Positions 46,021 through 55,359 are shown, counted from the first letter of the stretch. The stretch: 64,000 nucleotides of DNA from an uncultured Prevotellaceae bacterium (GCA_946619915.1 CAMOMP010000008.1:5995-69994); one strand, 5' to 3'. The notes: generated from the sequence alone by a model not told the origin. A program made the numbers and translations.

Positions 46021-46872
46021 ATGAAAAAGACATATATACTGCTCACCTTGGCATTAGGCCTTGCGGTTTCTTCCTGCCAGAACAATGGCTGGGACGATTA
46101 CCCTTATACCGGCTATACCATCTGGAACAAGGCGCTCCAGGAGCATAATGTTATCTCCATCCAGGAACTGAAAAATGAATTCAGCAGCTACATTACTGGG
46201 CAGAACCAGTTTGCCCAGGTTACTAACGACAGCATGCTGCGCGGAACAGTCATCTGTACGGATGACGGAGGAAACCTGACCCAGCAGATAATACTGCGTG
46301 ACGGCACAAAGCAAAATCCAGGCTTTCTGGTTATCGGTGTGAACCAAGACGCACTCTATAACTTTATCCAGCCCGGTCAGGATATCCTGTTCAATCTGAA
46401 GGGTGTCTTTATTGGTGGATACGGGAAAAATGCCCAGTTGGGCTATCCCAGCAAGAATGCAGCCGGCGTTGAGCGCATCGGACGTATGAGTTCACAGGAC
46501 TTCTGGAACCGCGTCAAGTTCCTGGGCGCGCCAAATGCTTCACGCATCGACACGCTGGACTTTGCCAACGTCAAGAACCTCAGTAAGGATCAATGGGCAG
46601 GCTGTATCGTACGTGTTAAGGGAACCATCACGCCCAAGAGCACAGAACGTTGGGTACTGGCAGCCCCAGAGGATGCCGACACAGGCAACGGCGTTACCAA
46701 TACCATCAACGTACAAGGTGGCGGCACCTTGGACTTGCGCACCAGCACATATGCAGACTTTGCCAGCTACCCCATCATAAAAGACCACGTATATACCATC
46801 TACGGTGTGCTAAGTCGTTATACAGATGGATGGCAGTTAGGTATGCGAACCATAACAGATATCGTGGAGTAA
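46021..46872 (+). CDS. Surface lipoprotein with OB-fold-like domain (DUF5689-like, tentative)
   Basis: Lipoprotein signal (LAVSSCQ). ISIQELK....LRGTVICTDDGGNLTQQIILRD...GQDILFNLKGVFIGGYG pattern. Confidence 0.55.
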   Translation: MKKTYILLTLALGLAVSSCQNNGWDDYPYTGYTIWNKALQEHNVISIQELKNEFSSYITGQNQFAQVTNDSMLRGTVICTDDGGNLTQQIILRDGTKQNPGFLVIGVNQDALYNFIQPGQDILFNLKGVFIGGYGKNAQLGYPSKNAAGVERIGRMSSQDFWNRVKFLGAPNASRIDTLDFANVKNLSKDQWAGCIVRVKGTITPKSTERWVLAAPEDADTGNGVTNTINVQGGGTLDLRTSTYADFASYPIIKDHVYTIYGVLSRYTDGWQLGMRTITDIVE

Positions 46873-46882
46873 CAGAAAGGCT

Positions 46883-46909
46883 TTAGACGTTAGACTTTAG
46901 ACTTTAGTC
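46883..46909 (+). repeat. Heptanucleotide array (TTAGACT-type) x3.9
   Basis: TTAGACG TTAGACT TTAGACT TTAGTC in the intergenic space between the two lipoprotein genes. Confidence 0.9.
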
Positions 46910-46938
46910 AATGATAAAAAACAAAAAACTATACAACA

Positions 46939-48687
46939 ATGAAAACGACATTTAGAAGCATTCTCCTCGCCACATTAGGCGTATTTGCTCTCACTTGCTG
47001 CGAGGACGTTCCCGCACCATACGAGATTCCGGGCACAGGAGGAAAACAACAGGCAACATCATTCTATTCCAGCACCAGTTGCTCCGACTGGTCTCTGGTG
47101 GCAGCTACCACAGACTATAACCCATGGAGTCAGGGGAGTAGCTACACTCAGGCTACCGGCTACCAGAAATGGGATGGTGCCAGTACTAAGAGCAACAAGA
47201 TGGCTGACGGTTACCTGATCTCACCAGGATTCTCAACCGTTACTAACAAAGAGGCCGCATACATCAGTTTCCAGTATTGCGTAGGATACGCCAGCAACGA
47301 CGCTCAGTTTGCCGACCACATCAAACTTTATGCCTCTACGCAGTATGCTCCCGTTGACGGCTTTGTTGCAGAGAAATGGACAGAACTCGACTGGAAGGCT
47401 ACCCATACCTCCTCCACTTGGGAATTGGCAACAACCTCAATTGTATTGCCCGCAGAATTCGTAAACAAAGAAAAGGTGAATATTGCCATCTACTTCACAA
47501 CTCCTAACGAGACCAAATCTGCAACATTCGAGATTAAGGACTTTAAGGCTGTTGCAGGCACTCCCGCTGATTCTGGTGAAGGAAATCAGGAAGGTACTGC
47601 CGTTACTTGTGCCGAGGCAGTAGAACTGACCAACGCCCTTGCAGATGGTGCAACATCAACAGACACCTACACCATTACGGGCTACATCACAGAAGTCGTT
47701 GGCAGCGTTAGTAATAACCAGCAGACTTTCTGGATGGCAGACACAAAGGATGGCGCAAACATGTTCGAGGCCTATTGGGCTAATCTGCCCGAAGGCGTAA
47801 CAGCATTCGTCAAAGGCTCTAAGGTTAGGATTACCGGCAAACTCATCAAATACGTTAAGGATAGTAAGGTAACACCTGAAATCAAGAATGCAACCGTTGA
47901 AATCCTCGAAGCCGGCGACGGAGGCGGTGGATCCACAGAAGGTATAGCCGTTACTTGTGCCGAGGCAGTAGAACTGACAAACGCCCTTGTCGATGGTGCA
48001 ACATCAACAGACACCTACACCATTACGGGTTATATCACAGAGGTTGTTGGCAGCGTTAGCAAGAACCAGCAAACTTTCTGGATGGCAGACGCGAAGGATG
48101 GCGAAAACATGTTCGAGGCATACTGGGCTAACCTACCCGAGGGCGTAACAGCATTCGTTAAAGGCTCTAAGGTGAAGATTACCGGAAAGCTCATGAAGTA
48201 CGTTAAGGATAGTAAGGTAACGCCTGAAATCAAGAACGCCACCGTAGAAATCCTCGAAGCTGGAGAAGGAGGCGAAGGCGGCGGAGGTGAAGGCGGCGAC
48301 ACCTCAGAGTATGGCATCAGCCTCACCTATACAGGCGGCACCAACTTCTACGACAATGGCGTGGCAACCATCAACGGTGAAGCTAACTGCAAAGTCCTGA
48401 AGATTGGAACCTCAAAGAACCCTGGCGACTTCACCCTGACAGTTCCTGCCGGCACACATAGCTTCTATGCTGTAACATGGTCAGGAACCGGAACAGCCGA
48501 TGTTGTATTGAAGAACGGCGAAACAGTCGTAAAGACCGTAACTGTAAACGAAAATGCAGGTGCTATACAGAACTCGCCCTACACTTTCACCGTTACAGAA
48601 GCAGACAAGTACGAGTTTGAGGTTACAGAACAGGCCACCATCACAGTAACTTCCGACAAGCGTGTCATTTTCTTCGGTATTAAATAA
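46939..48687 (+). CDS. Surface lipoprotein: N-terminal choice-of-anchor-J/MAM-like domain, two tandem OB-fold-like modules and a C-terminal beta domain
   Basis: Lipoprotein signal (FALTCCED). A 116-aa module (CAEAVELTNAL.DGATSTDTYTITGYITEVVGSVS.NQQTFWMAD.KDG.NMFEAYWANLPEGVTAFVKGSKV.ITGKL.KYV) occurs twice. Confidence 0.65.
   Translation: MKTTFRSILLATLGVFALTCCEDVPAPYEIPGTGGKQQATSFYSSTSCSDWSLVAATTDYNPWSQGSSYTQATGYQKWDGASTKSNKMADGYLISPGFSTVTNKEAAYISFQYCVGYASNDAQFADHIKLYASTQYAPVDGFVAEKWTELDWKATHTSSTWELATTSIVLPAEFVNKEKVNIAIYFTTPNETKSATFEIKDFKAVAGTPADSGEGNQEGTAVTCAEAVELTNALADGATSTDTYTITGYITEVVGSVSNNQQTFWMADTKDGANMFEAYWANLPEGVTAFVKGSKVRITGKLIKYVKDSKVTPEIKNATVEILEAGDGGGGSTEGIAVTCAEAVELTNALVDGATSTDTYTITGYITEVVGSVSKNQQTFWMADAKDGENMFEAYWANLPEGVTAFVKGSKVKITGKLMKYVKDSKVTPEIKNATVEILEAGEGGEGGGGEGGDTSEYGISLTYTGGTNFYDNGVATINGEANCKVLKIGTSKNPGDFTLTVPAGTHSFYAVTWSGTGTADVVLKNGETVVKTVTVNENAGAIQNSPYTFTVTEADKYEFEVTEQATITVTSDKRVIFFGIK
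47590..48266 (+). repeat. Intragenic tandem duplication, period 348 bp (116 codons), two copies
   Basis: Copy 1 at 47590-47937 and copy 2 at 47938 to about 48266, roughly 90% identical by eye, separated by Gly-rich linkers. Confidence 0.9.
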
Positions 48688-48705
48688 AGATTACATACAT
48701 TTAAC

Positions 48706-48741
48706 AAATCAAGCCCGGAGCCATTGCTTTGGGCTTGATTT
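48706..48741 (+). terminator. Rho-independent terminator
   Basis: AAATCAAGCCC..loop..GGGCTTGATTT followed by TT. Confidence 0.65.
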
Positions 48742-48837
48742 TTAGGCAAAAGCTGAAGAAATCAATAAAAATTATACTTTATTGAGTTATTTTTGCAAAA
48801 AAGTTAAATTTTGTTTGGAAGGAATAATAAAATCACT

Positions 48838-48845
48838 TATATTTG
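48838..48845 (+). promoter_or_regulatory. -7 promoter box (TATATTTG)
   Basis: 63 nt upstream of the ATG at 48908. A second box, TATTTTTG, lies at 48788-48795. Confidence 0.4.
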
Positions 48846-48907
48846 CAACAACATTAAACTAAACAAGTGTTATTTTATTTTATTTATTAACTAAAACGAT
48901 TTACATC

Positions 48908-49399
48908 ATGAAAGCAGTTAAATTACTTCTTGCAGCAGTAGCAATGACTTTTGCAATGGGTGCAAATGCACAGTTCTTCAATGGTAAGTTTACCGCTAGT
49001 GTAAGCGGTGGTGCATATTCTCCAGGTAGTGTTGGTGCATGGAATATTGGCGTTGGTTATCAGAAGCCTATCACTGATTCTGACGGTTTCAACCTGGCAT
49101 GGGACATGTTAACTGTTGACTTTACCGACACATTCAAGAATGCTGGCGACTTCTGGCAGATTGGCGTTAAGACTGGTCTTCGTGGTTTCACTCCTACTTT
49201 CTGGGGCGACAACTGGCGTGGTTACGCTAACATTGCAGGTGGCTACACTTATCTTGGTGGCGGTAAGACTAGCGCATTTGCTTTGAATGCAGGAGCAGGT
49301 TTGCAGTTCAAGGAGAAATTCTCCTTCGGCTACACGTTCCAGTACGAGACAGCTGGTAAGAGCAAGATTCACTTTGGCACCATTGGTTTCACTTTCTAA
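48908..49399 (+). CDS. Small outer-membrane beta-barrel protein (porin/OmpW-like fold)
   Basis: Signal peptide (..GANAQ), alternating Gly/aromatic strands, C-terminal ..GFTF. Confidence 0.65.
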   Translation: MKAVKLLLAAVAMTFAMGANAQFFNGKFTASVSGGAYSPGSVGAWNIGVGYQKPITDSDGFNLAWDMLTVDFTDTFKNAGDFWQIGVKTGLRGFTPTFWGDNWRGYANIAGGYTYLGGGKTSAFALNAGAGLQFKEKFSFGYTFQYETAGKSKIHFGTIGFTF

Positions 49400-49428
49400 G
49401 CAAACTAATTTAAGCTATTTATAATTAT

Positions 49429-49459
49429 GGGGTAGGCTAAATGGCCTACCCCATTTTTT
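49429..49459 (+). terminator. Rho-independent terminator
   Basis: GGGGTAGGC..loop..GCCTACCCC followed by ATTTTTT. Confidence 0.75.
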
Positions 49460-49532
49460 GATTTAAAGTCTAAGTTCCTGACTTGAAGAGAAAATATTTC
49501 GGGGAAAACTTGGCGGAAAAAGAAAAAAGCCA

Positions 49533-49540
49533 TACCTTTG
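49533..49540 (+). promoter_or_regulatory. -7 promoter box (TACCTTTG) for the L31 gene
   Basis: 76 nt upstream of the ATG at 49616. The leader contains a small hairpin, TTCCG-TTACA-CGGAA. Confidence 0.45.
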
Positions 49541-49615
49541 CACGCAAAATCATTAATAACAGCTCCTTATCACCTTCCGTTACACGGAAATTCGGGAGCA
49601 CAAAACAAAACAAAA

Positions 49616-49867
49616 ATGAAAGAAGGAATCCATCCCGAAAACTATCGCCCCGTAGTGTTCAAGGACATGAGCAACGGCGATATGTTCCTGAGCCGCTCTA
49701 CTGCTAAGAGCAATGAAACAATTGAATTTGAGGGCGAAACTTACCCCGTGATTAAGTTGGAAATCAGTAACACCTCTCACCCCTTCTATACTGGTAAGAG
49801 CAAGCTGGTTGACACAGCCGGTCGTGTTGATAAGTTCATGAGCCGCTACGCTCGCACCAAGAAGTAA
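49616..49867 (+). CDS. rpmE2: 50S ribosomal protein L31, type B (no Zn-binding Cys)
   Basis: [10 protein letters not shown]...HPFYTG motif and no CxxC. Internal ATG at 49616 chosen by homology. Confidence 0.9.
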   Translation: MKEGIHPENYRPVVFKDMSNGDMFLSRSTAKSNETIEFEGETYPVIKLEISNTSHPFYTGKSKLVDTAGRVDKFMSRYARTKK

Positions 49868-49906
49868 TTTGGAGCAAGCCTCAGAACAAAGAGAAATAAA
49901 AGGAAG

Positions 49907-49939
49907 AGAGGTGTAGATAAAAAGATAATCTGCACCTCT
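49907..49939 (+). terminator. Rho-independent terminator
   Basis: AGAGGTGTAGAT..loop..ATCTGCACCTCT followed by TTTTCTTT. Confidence 0.65.
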
Positions 49940-49978
49940 TTTTCTTTCCAAAACACCCGAAAAAATCACCCATCCACA

Positions 49979-50890
49979 ATGAAGAAGCACTATTTCTACC
50001 CCCTGTTGCTCTGCACAGCAGTCTGCATCACCGCATGCAATAAAGAAGATGCAGGCACTCCTGGTGACACAACAGGAGATAAACTAATCTCCCTGATAGG
50101 TCAGGAAGCCCAACCATACCAACAACGAATGGAGGTTCCCAAAGTAACAGACCAGAGTATGTTTATTGTGCACAGCACAGAAAAATACGGCGTCACCTAT
50201 ACTGAGGAATGGGACAAGGAGAATCGAACACAGCGGTGGGCGGCTTACAGCATCACAGACCTGAATGCCGTTTCTAACTGGAGTCGGAAAAACTGGGAAG
50301 GGGCGACATGGCAGGGTATCACCTATGATGGCGACCCCTTTCAGGAAGACCCTGTAATACCTGCACAATATCGCACCCACCTGAGCAATTACAGTGGCAG
50401 CGGCTACACTCGCGGACATATCGTAAATTCGCAGGACCGACTGATGTCTCAGAATGCCAACGGACAGACATTTTACCTTTCTAACATACAGCCGCAGCTA
50501 TACCACTTCAATAGCGGTATCTGGCTGACAATGGAAAACTGGGTTCATAATCTTGGCTTTAACAAATCTAAACGTAAGGTACTATATATAGTCAAAGGAG
50601 GAACAACCACTCCGACAGATAAATGCCCCGATCCGTTCCTGGAAGAAATTAGCATCCCTGTTCCACGTTACTTCTGGATGGCAATCCTGTTGTTAGACAA
50701 CAATAACAAGTATCATGCCATTGCGTTTTGGACAAAACACGAAAATAACTCTGACACCAATATAAAGAATTACACCATCAGCATAGATGAGTTGGAGGCA
50801 CGCACGGGTATCGACTTCTTCCCCAACCTATCTGATGATGTAGAGCCTCAGGTAGAAGCAACCCGCAACCTAGGCGATTGGAACTGGTAA
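49979..50890 (+). CDS. DNA/RNA non-specific endonuclease (NUC/Endonuclease_NS family) lipoprotein
   Basis: Lipoprotein signal (CITACN), catalytic GYTRGHIVNSQDR (RGH) and Mg-ligand Asn in SNIQPQ. Confidence 0.85.
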   Translation: MKKHYFYPLLLCTAVCITACNKEDAGTPGDTTGDKLISLIGQEAQPYQQRMEVPKVTDQSMFIVHSTEKYGVTYTEEWDKENRTQRWAAYSITDLNAVSNWSRKNWEGATWQGITYDGDPFQEDPVIPAQYRTHLSNYSGSGYTRGHIVNSQDRLMSQNANGQTFYLSNIQPQLYHFNSGIWLTMENWVHNLGFNKSKRKVLYIVKGGTTTPTDKCPDPFLEEISIPVPRYFWMAILLLDNNNKYHAIAFWTKHENNSDTNIKNYTISIDELEARTGIDFFPNLSDDVEPQVEATRNLGDWNW

Positions 50891-50898
50891 AACATTAA

Positions 50899-50916
50899 AA
50901 TGAAGAATGAAGAATC
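50899..50916 (+). repeat. Heptamer array AATGAAG AATGAAG AATC
   Basis: Begins 9 nt after the endonuclease stop and abuts the GC-rich elements. Confidence 0.6.
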
Positions 50917-50919
50917 AAA

Positions 50920-51002
50920 CCCCTTTCCCCGCTTCCCCGAGGGGAAGAGCCTACTATTAACAAAAAACATACCTCTCCCCCTCGAGGGAGTTGGAGAGGG
51001 GG
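50920..51002. repeat. Pair of GC-rich hairpin elements in opposite orientation (cargo-less pair)
   Basis: CCCCTTTCCCCGCTTCCCCGAGGGGAAGAGCC (50920-50951) and CCTCTCCCCCTCGAGGGAGTTGGAGAGGGGG (50972-51002), separated by 20 nt. Confidence 0.7.
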
Positions 51003-51022
51003 TAAACAATAAGCAATAAACC

Positions 51023-51604
51023 ATGCATAGATTTCCGATTATATTTTTTATATTGCTTGGCTGCTGCTGTAATGTTTCGGCACAGCAAGTGAAGATGCGT
51101 GACGTATTTGCTCAGGCACCTGACAGCATATTCCCCTTGTTGACAAAGAACAACAAGTTGGACTGCATAGACTTCATTGAGAATAAAATGAGGGCAAGAG
51201 TGAAGAACAAGTTCGACACTTATTCCGAGCTGACAACTCTTACGGACGACTTCCTGCGCATTCAAATATCAGAGAAGAGTTCTGCTGAGATGAAGTTGGT
51301 AAACGACACACTGCTTTGTGTGGTCAAAACATATTACGGCCCAGGGGCAGACAGCAAAGTATATTTCTACAACACCCAATGGCAACCTGTCAGCTATAAC
51401 CTGGAGCGCCCCAAGGCTGACGATTTCTTTCTGCCGGGTGCTGACGGGGAGGTTTGCGGTCTGTTGCGTCAACTGCCCCTCATTAAGGCCAGCCTCAGCC
51501 GTGACGATACCACCCTGACATGGGAACTGCAGATAACGGAACTGACTGAGACACAGAAAAGGACCATTGAGCATTCCCTCACCTCTATTGCCATTAAGCT
51601 GTAG
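51023..51604 (+). CDS. Secreted protein of unknown function (DUF3256-like, tentative)
   Basis: Signal peptide. MRDVFAQAPDSIFPLLTKNNKLDCIDF pattern recalled from DUF3256 proteins. Confidence 0.5.
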   Translation: MHRFPIIFFILLGCCCNVSAQQVKMRDVFAQAPDSIFPLLTKNNKLDCIDFIENKMRARVKNKFDTYSELTTLTDDFLRIQISEKSSAEMKLVNDTLLCVVKTYYGPGADSKVYFYNTQWQPVSYNLERPKADDFFLPGADGEVCGLLRQLPLIKASLSRDDTTLTWELQITELTETQKRTIEHSLTSIAIKL

Positions 51605-51605
51605 A

Positions 51606-51633
51606 GGCCCCATCCCTCCCGTCAGGGAGGGAG
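51606..51633. repeat. GC-rich hairpin element
   Basis: GGCCCCATCCCTCCCGTCAGGGAGGGAG between convergent stops. Confidence 0.8.
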
Positions 51634-51638
51634 AAAGT

Positions 51639-52517
51639 TTAGCGGGTTCCTAAGTAGAGGAATACCATTCCTAAGAGAACGAGAAAAAGGTCAAGGGCTT
51701 TACTTTTGAGATTCTTCTCGTGAAAGAGGAAGGCTCCAATCATAAAGCTAACAATAACGCTTCCGCGACGCACCATGCTGACTACGCTGACTAGAGCCCC
51801 AGGCTCGTGCAGAGAGCAGAAATACACATAGTCGGCAATGCTCAGGAAGATACTGATCAAAGGAATACCCCACGACCAATGGAAAGGCGTACTCTTCTGC
51901 CTGCGGGGATACCAAAGCGTCAGCAGTACCAATCCCATCATCAGGCACTGGTAGAAGTTGTAATAACTCTGAACCGTATGTTTGTTCAGGCCGACGCCAC
52001 CGTCCTGCGGTGAAGCTAGGAGGTACTTATCATACAAGCCGCAAAGGGCACCTAGAATAGCCGCACCTATGATGCAGAATATCCAGCGGTTATGACGGAA
52101 ATCAATACCTTCTTTTTTGCCACTTCTGCTCAGCAGGAAGAAACTGAGGATGGCCAAGCCAACACCTACCCACTGATACAGATTCAGCCGTTCCCCAAAC
52201 AGCAAAAGGGCTCCTAACAGCACCATTACAGGACGGGTAGCATTGATAGGACCTACCAAGGTAAGGGGCAGATGTTTCATCCCGAAGTAGCCTAATATCC
52301 AGCTACTGAGCACCATGCAGGCTTTCAGTATAATGTAGCGTTGTACCTCCCAGCCGCCAAATGGCGCACTGATAGCCATGGGCAGGAAGATGATGGAGCA
52401 TAACAGGGTGTTCAGGAACAGAACAGGTATTACGGCATTATCTCTGAGTGAGTGCTTCTTGCATACATCATAGCATCCCAACAGGGCAGCCGAAAGAAAA
52501 GCATATATTATCCACAT
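51639..52517 (-). CDS. EamA/DMT-superfamily transporter
   Basis: 292 aa, about 10 TM helices in two similar halves. Confidence 0.75.
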   Translation of the reverse strand: MWIIYAFLSAALLGCYDVCKKHSLRDNAVIPVLFLNTLLCSIIFLPMAISAPFGGWEVQRYIILKACMVLSSWILGYFGMKHLPLTLVGPINATRPVMVLLGALLLFGERLNLYQWVGVGLAILSFFLLSRSGKKEGIDFRHNRWIFCIIGAAILGALCGLYDKYLLASPQDGGVGLNKHTVQSYYNFYQCLMMGLVLLTLWYPRRQKSTPFHWSWGIPLISIFLSIADYVYFCSLHEPGALVSVVSMVRRGSVIVSFMIGAFLFHEKNLKSKALDLFLVLLGMVFLYLGTR

Positions 52518-52536
52518 TTTTTCTATTCATAAAAAT

Positions 52537-52568
52537 CCCCCTCCCTCGGGAGGGTCGGGGTGGGGTCC
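52537..52568. repeat. GC-rich hairpin element
   Basis: CCCCCTCCCTCGGGAGGGTCGGGGTGGGGTCC, touching the truA stop codon. Confidence 0.8.
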
Positions 52569-53296
52569 TAATACTCTATCTTCACTAAGAACAAGGCGTT
52601 GCCCGGCACACTTTCGCCGGCTGAGCAACGGTTCTTCTGTTCTATCACCTTACAGAAATCCTCTTTCGTCATTCTGCCCCTGCCCACCTCAAGGAGTGTT
52701 CCCACAATGGCACGTACCATATTACGTAGGAAACGGTTGGCTGTAATGGTAAAACGCCACTGACCTGAGCCAACTTCGTCCCAGTGCGCCTCGGTAATAG
52801 TGCATAGATTGGTCTTAGTATCCGTATTGACCTTAGAGAAACTGGTAAAATCCTGATACTGGAGCAACATCTGTGCAGCCTCGTTCATCGCCTGAAAATC
52901 AATCTTTCCGTGTAGCAGCCAGCTATAGTGGCGACAAAAGGGGTCCTTCTGGGTGTGCACAAAATAATGATAGGTCCGGCTGGTAGCAGAGAAACGGGCA
53001 TGCATATCATCATCTACCCTTTCTACCTTCTGCACAGCAATATCCTGTGGCAGTATTTTATTCAACCTATAGGCAAGCTGAGGACAGTCGATAGCCTCAT
53101 CAAAATCAAAGTGTGCCACCATCATCCGAGCATGAACGCCGGCATCGGTTCTGCCGGCTCCCACCACCTCAGTCTCCTTACGCAGCAGAGTGGATAGTGC
53201 CTGCTGCAATGTTTCCTGCACGCTGATACCATTGGGCTGTATCTGCCAGCCGTGGTACCGGGTCCCGTCATATGACAGGGTTATAAAGTATCGCAT
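52568..53296 (-). CDS. truA: tRNA pseudouridine(38-40) synthase
   Basis: [14 protein letters not shown] and the catalytic-Asp motif [11 protein letters not shown]. Confidence 0.92.
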   Translation of the reverse strand: MRYFITLSYDGTRYHGWQIQPNGISVQETLQQALSTLLRKETEVVGAGRTDAGVHARMMVAHFDFDEAIDCPQLAYRLNKILPQDIAVQKVERVDDDMHARFSATSRTYHYFVHTQKDPFCRHYSWLLHGKIDFQAMNEAAQMLLQYQDFTSFSKVNTDTKTNLCTITEAHWDEVGSGQWRFTITANRFLRNMVRAIVGTLLEVGRGRMTKEDFCKVIEQKNRCSAGESVPGNALFLVKIEY

Positions 53297-53304
53297 ACTA
53301 AAAG

Positions 53305-55359
53305 TTATCTGACAAAAATCTTTTTTCCATTCCTGATATAGATGCCAGGCTTATGCGGAGCAGTTACCCTACGGCCAGAGAGGTCATATACCTCCCCTCC
53401 ATTACGGGAGGGGTTGGGGGTGGGTCCGGCAATGCCCATCTCCTCATCATAATTACTCATCTGTATATCATCTATGTTCAGACGTTTGGAGGCTACCCCA
53501 CCGCCCTGGAACTTCAGACGTATATTACCCGGCTGACAGATAGCAAAACCATAGCGCTGCCATCCTTCAAACGACTGTAACGTAGTCACCTCTTTCCAAG
53601 TAAGACCGCCATCCAGAGAATAACTTACCGTTAATGTGGCACCTGTATCATTATTATAGTTGCCTGCATAGAACCAAAGTGAGTCACACCCGCCCATCTT
53701 ATCGGTTTTCATCTCTGCAAAGCCAGAGCTTTTCATTCTCAGCGATGTTGCAATGTTCGATTTGGCATCCTTCCCTAACATAGCATCGCTTAGCATCCAC
53801 GTTGCTGCTGCACATTTCACCTCAGCGGCAGCATAGCTACCCTTAGATCCTGTTTCAAAGTCCTCAAAGAATGGTTTCTGTTCATCCACACTACCCAAGA
53901 GTGCTATCACGCAGTCATCAACATCCTTTGTACTCAGCGTCATAGTACCCGTGTAATTACCTGCTTCCTGAGCCGAGAGACGGACAAAGAACGTAGTACC
54001 GTTAGACGAGCACAACAAGGTTATCATCTTAGACCAATCCTCGTCATCGGCATCCGGGTCATCAGAAACCTCGTAAGGATCTTGGACAACAGCTGTAAAC
54101 TTATTATCCTTTGTTGCAAACATTGTAACCGTGACAGCAGTGGCTGTACTGGCCACACCAGGAGTAGTTGTGAAAGTAATCCTGCCAGGCGATACACTAA
54201 ACACAGGAGTCAATGCAGGGAAGTCAACCCTGACCTCGTTACTCTGAGCAACTATCTGAGTGCCACTATAGACAAACACTTGATAATAATAGGTAGTCTC
54301 AACATTCACACCAGTTACCCTATAGGTGTTTTCAGTGGTGGTAACGGGGAAGCCCTGAAGTGAAGTCTTTTTGCCGTTGGCATCCTTTTCGTAAACATTC
54401 AATGTGTATTCACAGCCATCCTGATATTTACTCCAGCTGGCATCGAAACGTCGTGAATAAATAGAACTTACAATTTCGCTGGCCGGGTATGCGGTAAAGT
54501 CATACTCGTCATCAGGAATATCAGTAGAAGCTGATGAGACATTAAATGCCACATTGATACTGTCACCCCAGATGTACTCAGCAAGATTAGGAAAGTCTAT
54601 GAAGGGATTTCTATTGCCCTGAATACCATAAACCGCCTCATTACGTTCCTTCTCTATCTCATCAACGGGATCCTGACGGTTCCACTTCAGGAACAGTTCA
54701 TAAGCCCATGGCTGTAGTGTAGGCCATTCGTCATTCTGCAGCATATTCAATCCTTCGCCTGTCCATGTAAGATTGCTATAGGTGGTTACCATATAGAAAT
54801 AGTTACGGGCAAAGTCACCTTTCCATTCATCAGCAGGTTCCCATAGATTGGCATTTTTCCCACCGGCATCACCAGTTCCCACCTTAGTGCAACCATTATT
54901 GGTTTTGACTTTTGATACCACCCCCATAGCGTAATTGCTCTTAGCGGTATTTATACTTACCTCACAAGGCATCAGGTTAAAAAGATCCTTATACGCCTGA
55001 TTCTTATCCCCACCCCACCAGCTCTTAGGAAACGAGTGTTCAATGTTCATACCATTAGCAGCATCGGTACTTTCTGGCGAGGAGCCTGCAGGAAAATAAA
55101 ATACCTCGTAGCTATAGCGGTCGCGTACCTGATTACCATTGTAACGGTCTGTAACGTAAAAACCAGACCAGGTTTTGCCTGGGCCTCCTCCATAATCAAG
55201 TACTGTAGCTGTCTTTATTACATTACGGAACGCACTCTTCAATTCAGCTTTTTTCTTGCCGTTCACGCTCGCATAGTATTCGTATGGTACATCTGCCCAT
55301 ACGCTGCATAAGCAGCACATGAACGCAACAAGGGCAGCCAGATTTCTATAGGTCTTCAT
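53305..55359 (-). CDS. Endonuclease I-family secreted nuclease with beta-sandwich domains and a T9SS C-terminal sorting domain
   Basis: [13 protein letters not shown] and [19 protein letters not shown] (Endonuclease I motifs). C-terminus ..VYDLSGRRV...[13 protein letters not shown] is a T9SS CTD. Confidence 0.8.
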   Translation of the reverse strand: MKTYRNLAALVAFMCCLCSVWADVPYEYYASVNGKKKAELKSAFRNVIKTATVLDYGGGPGKTWSGFYVTDRYNGNQVRDRYSYEVFYFPAGSSPESTDAANGMNIEHSFPKSWWGGDKNQAYKDLFNLMPCEVSINTAKSNYAMGVVSKVKTNNGCTKVGTGDAGGKNANLWEPADEWKGDFARNYFYMVTTYSNLTWTGEGLNMLQNDEWPTLQPWAYELFLKWNRQDPVDEIEKERNEAVYGIQGNRNPFIDFPNLAEYIWGDSINVAFNVSSASTDIPDDEYDFTAYPASEIVSSIYSRRFDASWSKYQDGCEYTLNVYEKDANGKKTSLQGFPVTTTENTYRVTGVNVETTYYYQVFVYSGTQIVAQSNEVRVDFPALTPVFSVSPGRITFTTTPGVASTATAVTVTMFATKDNKFTAVVQDPYEVSDDPDADDEDWSKMITLLCSSNGTTFFVRLSAQEAGNYTGTMTLSTKDVDDCVIALLGSVDEQKPFFEDFETGSKGSYAAAEVKCAAATWMLSDAMLGKDAKSNIATSLRMKSSGFAEMKTDKMGGCDSLWFYAGNYNNDTGATLTVSYSLDGGLTWKEVTTLQSFEGWQRYGFAICQPGNIRLKFQGGGVASKRLNIDDIQMSNYDEEMGIAGPTPNPSRNGGEVYDLSGRRVTAPHKPGIYIRNGKKIFVR
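53394..53427. repeat. GC-rich hairpin element inside the nuclease CDS
   Basis: CCCCTCCATTACGGGAGGGGTTGGGGGTGGGTCC, 30/33 identical to 31988-32020. Translated as ..[13 protein letters not shown].. Confidence 0.85.
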
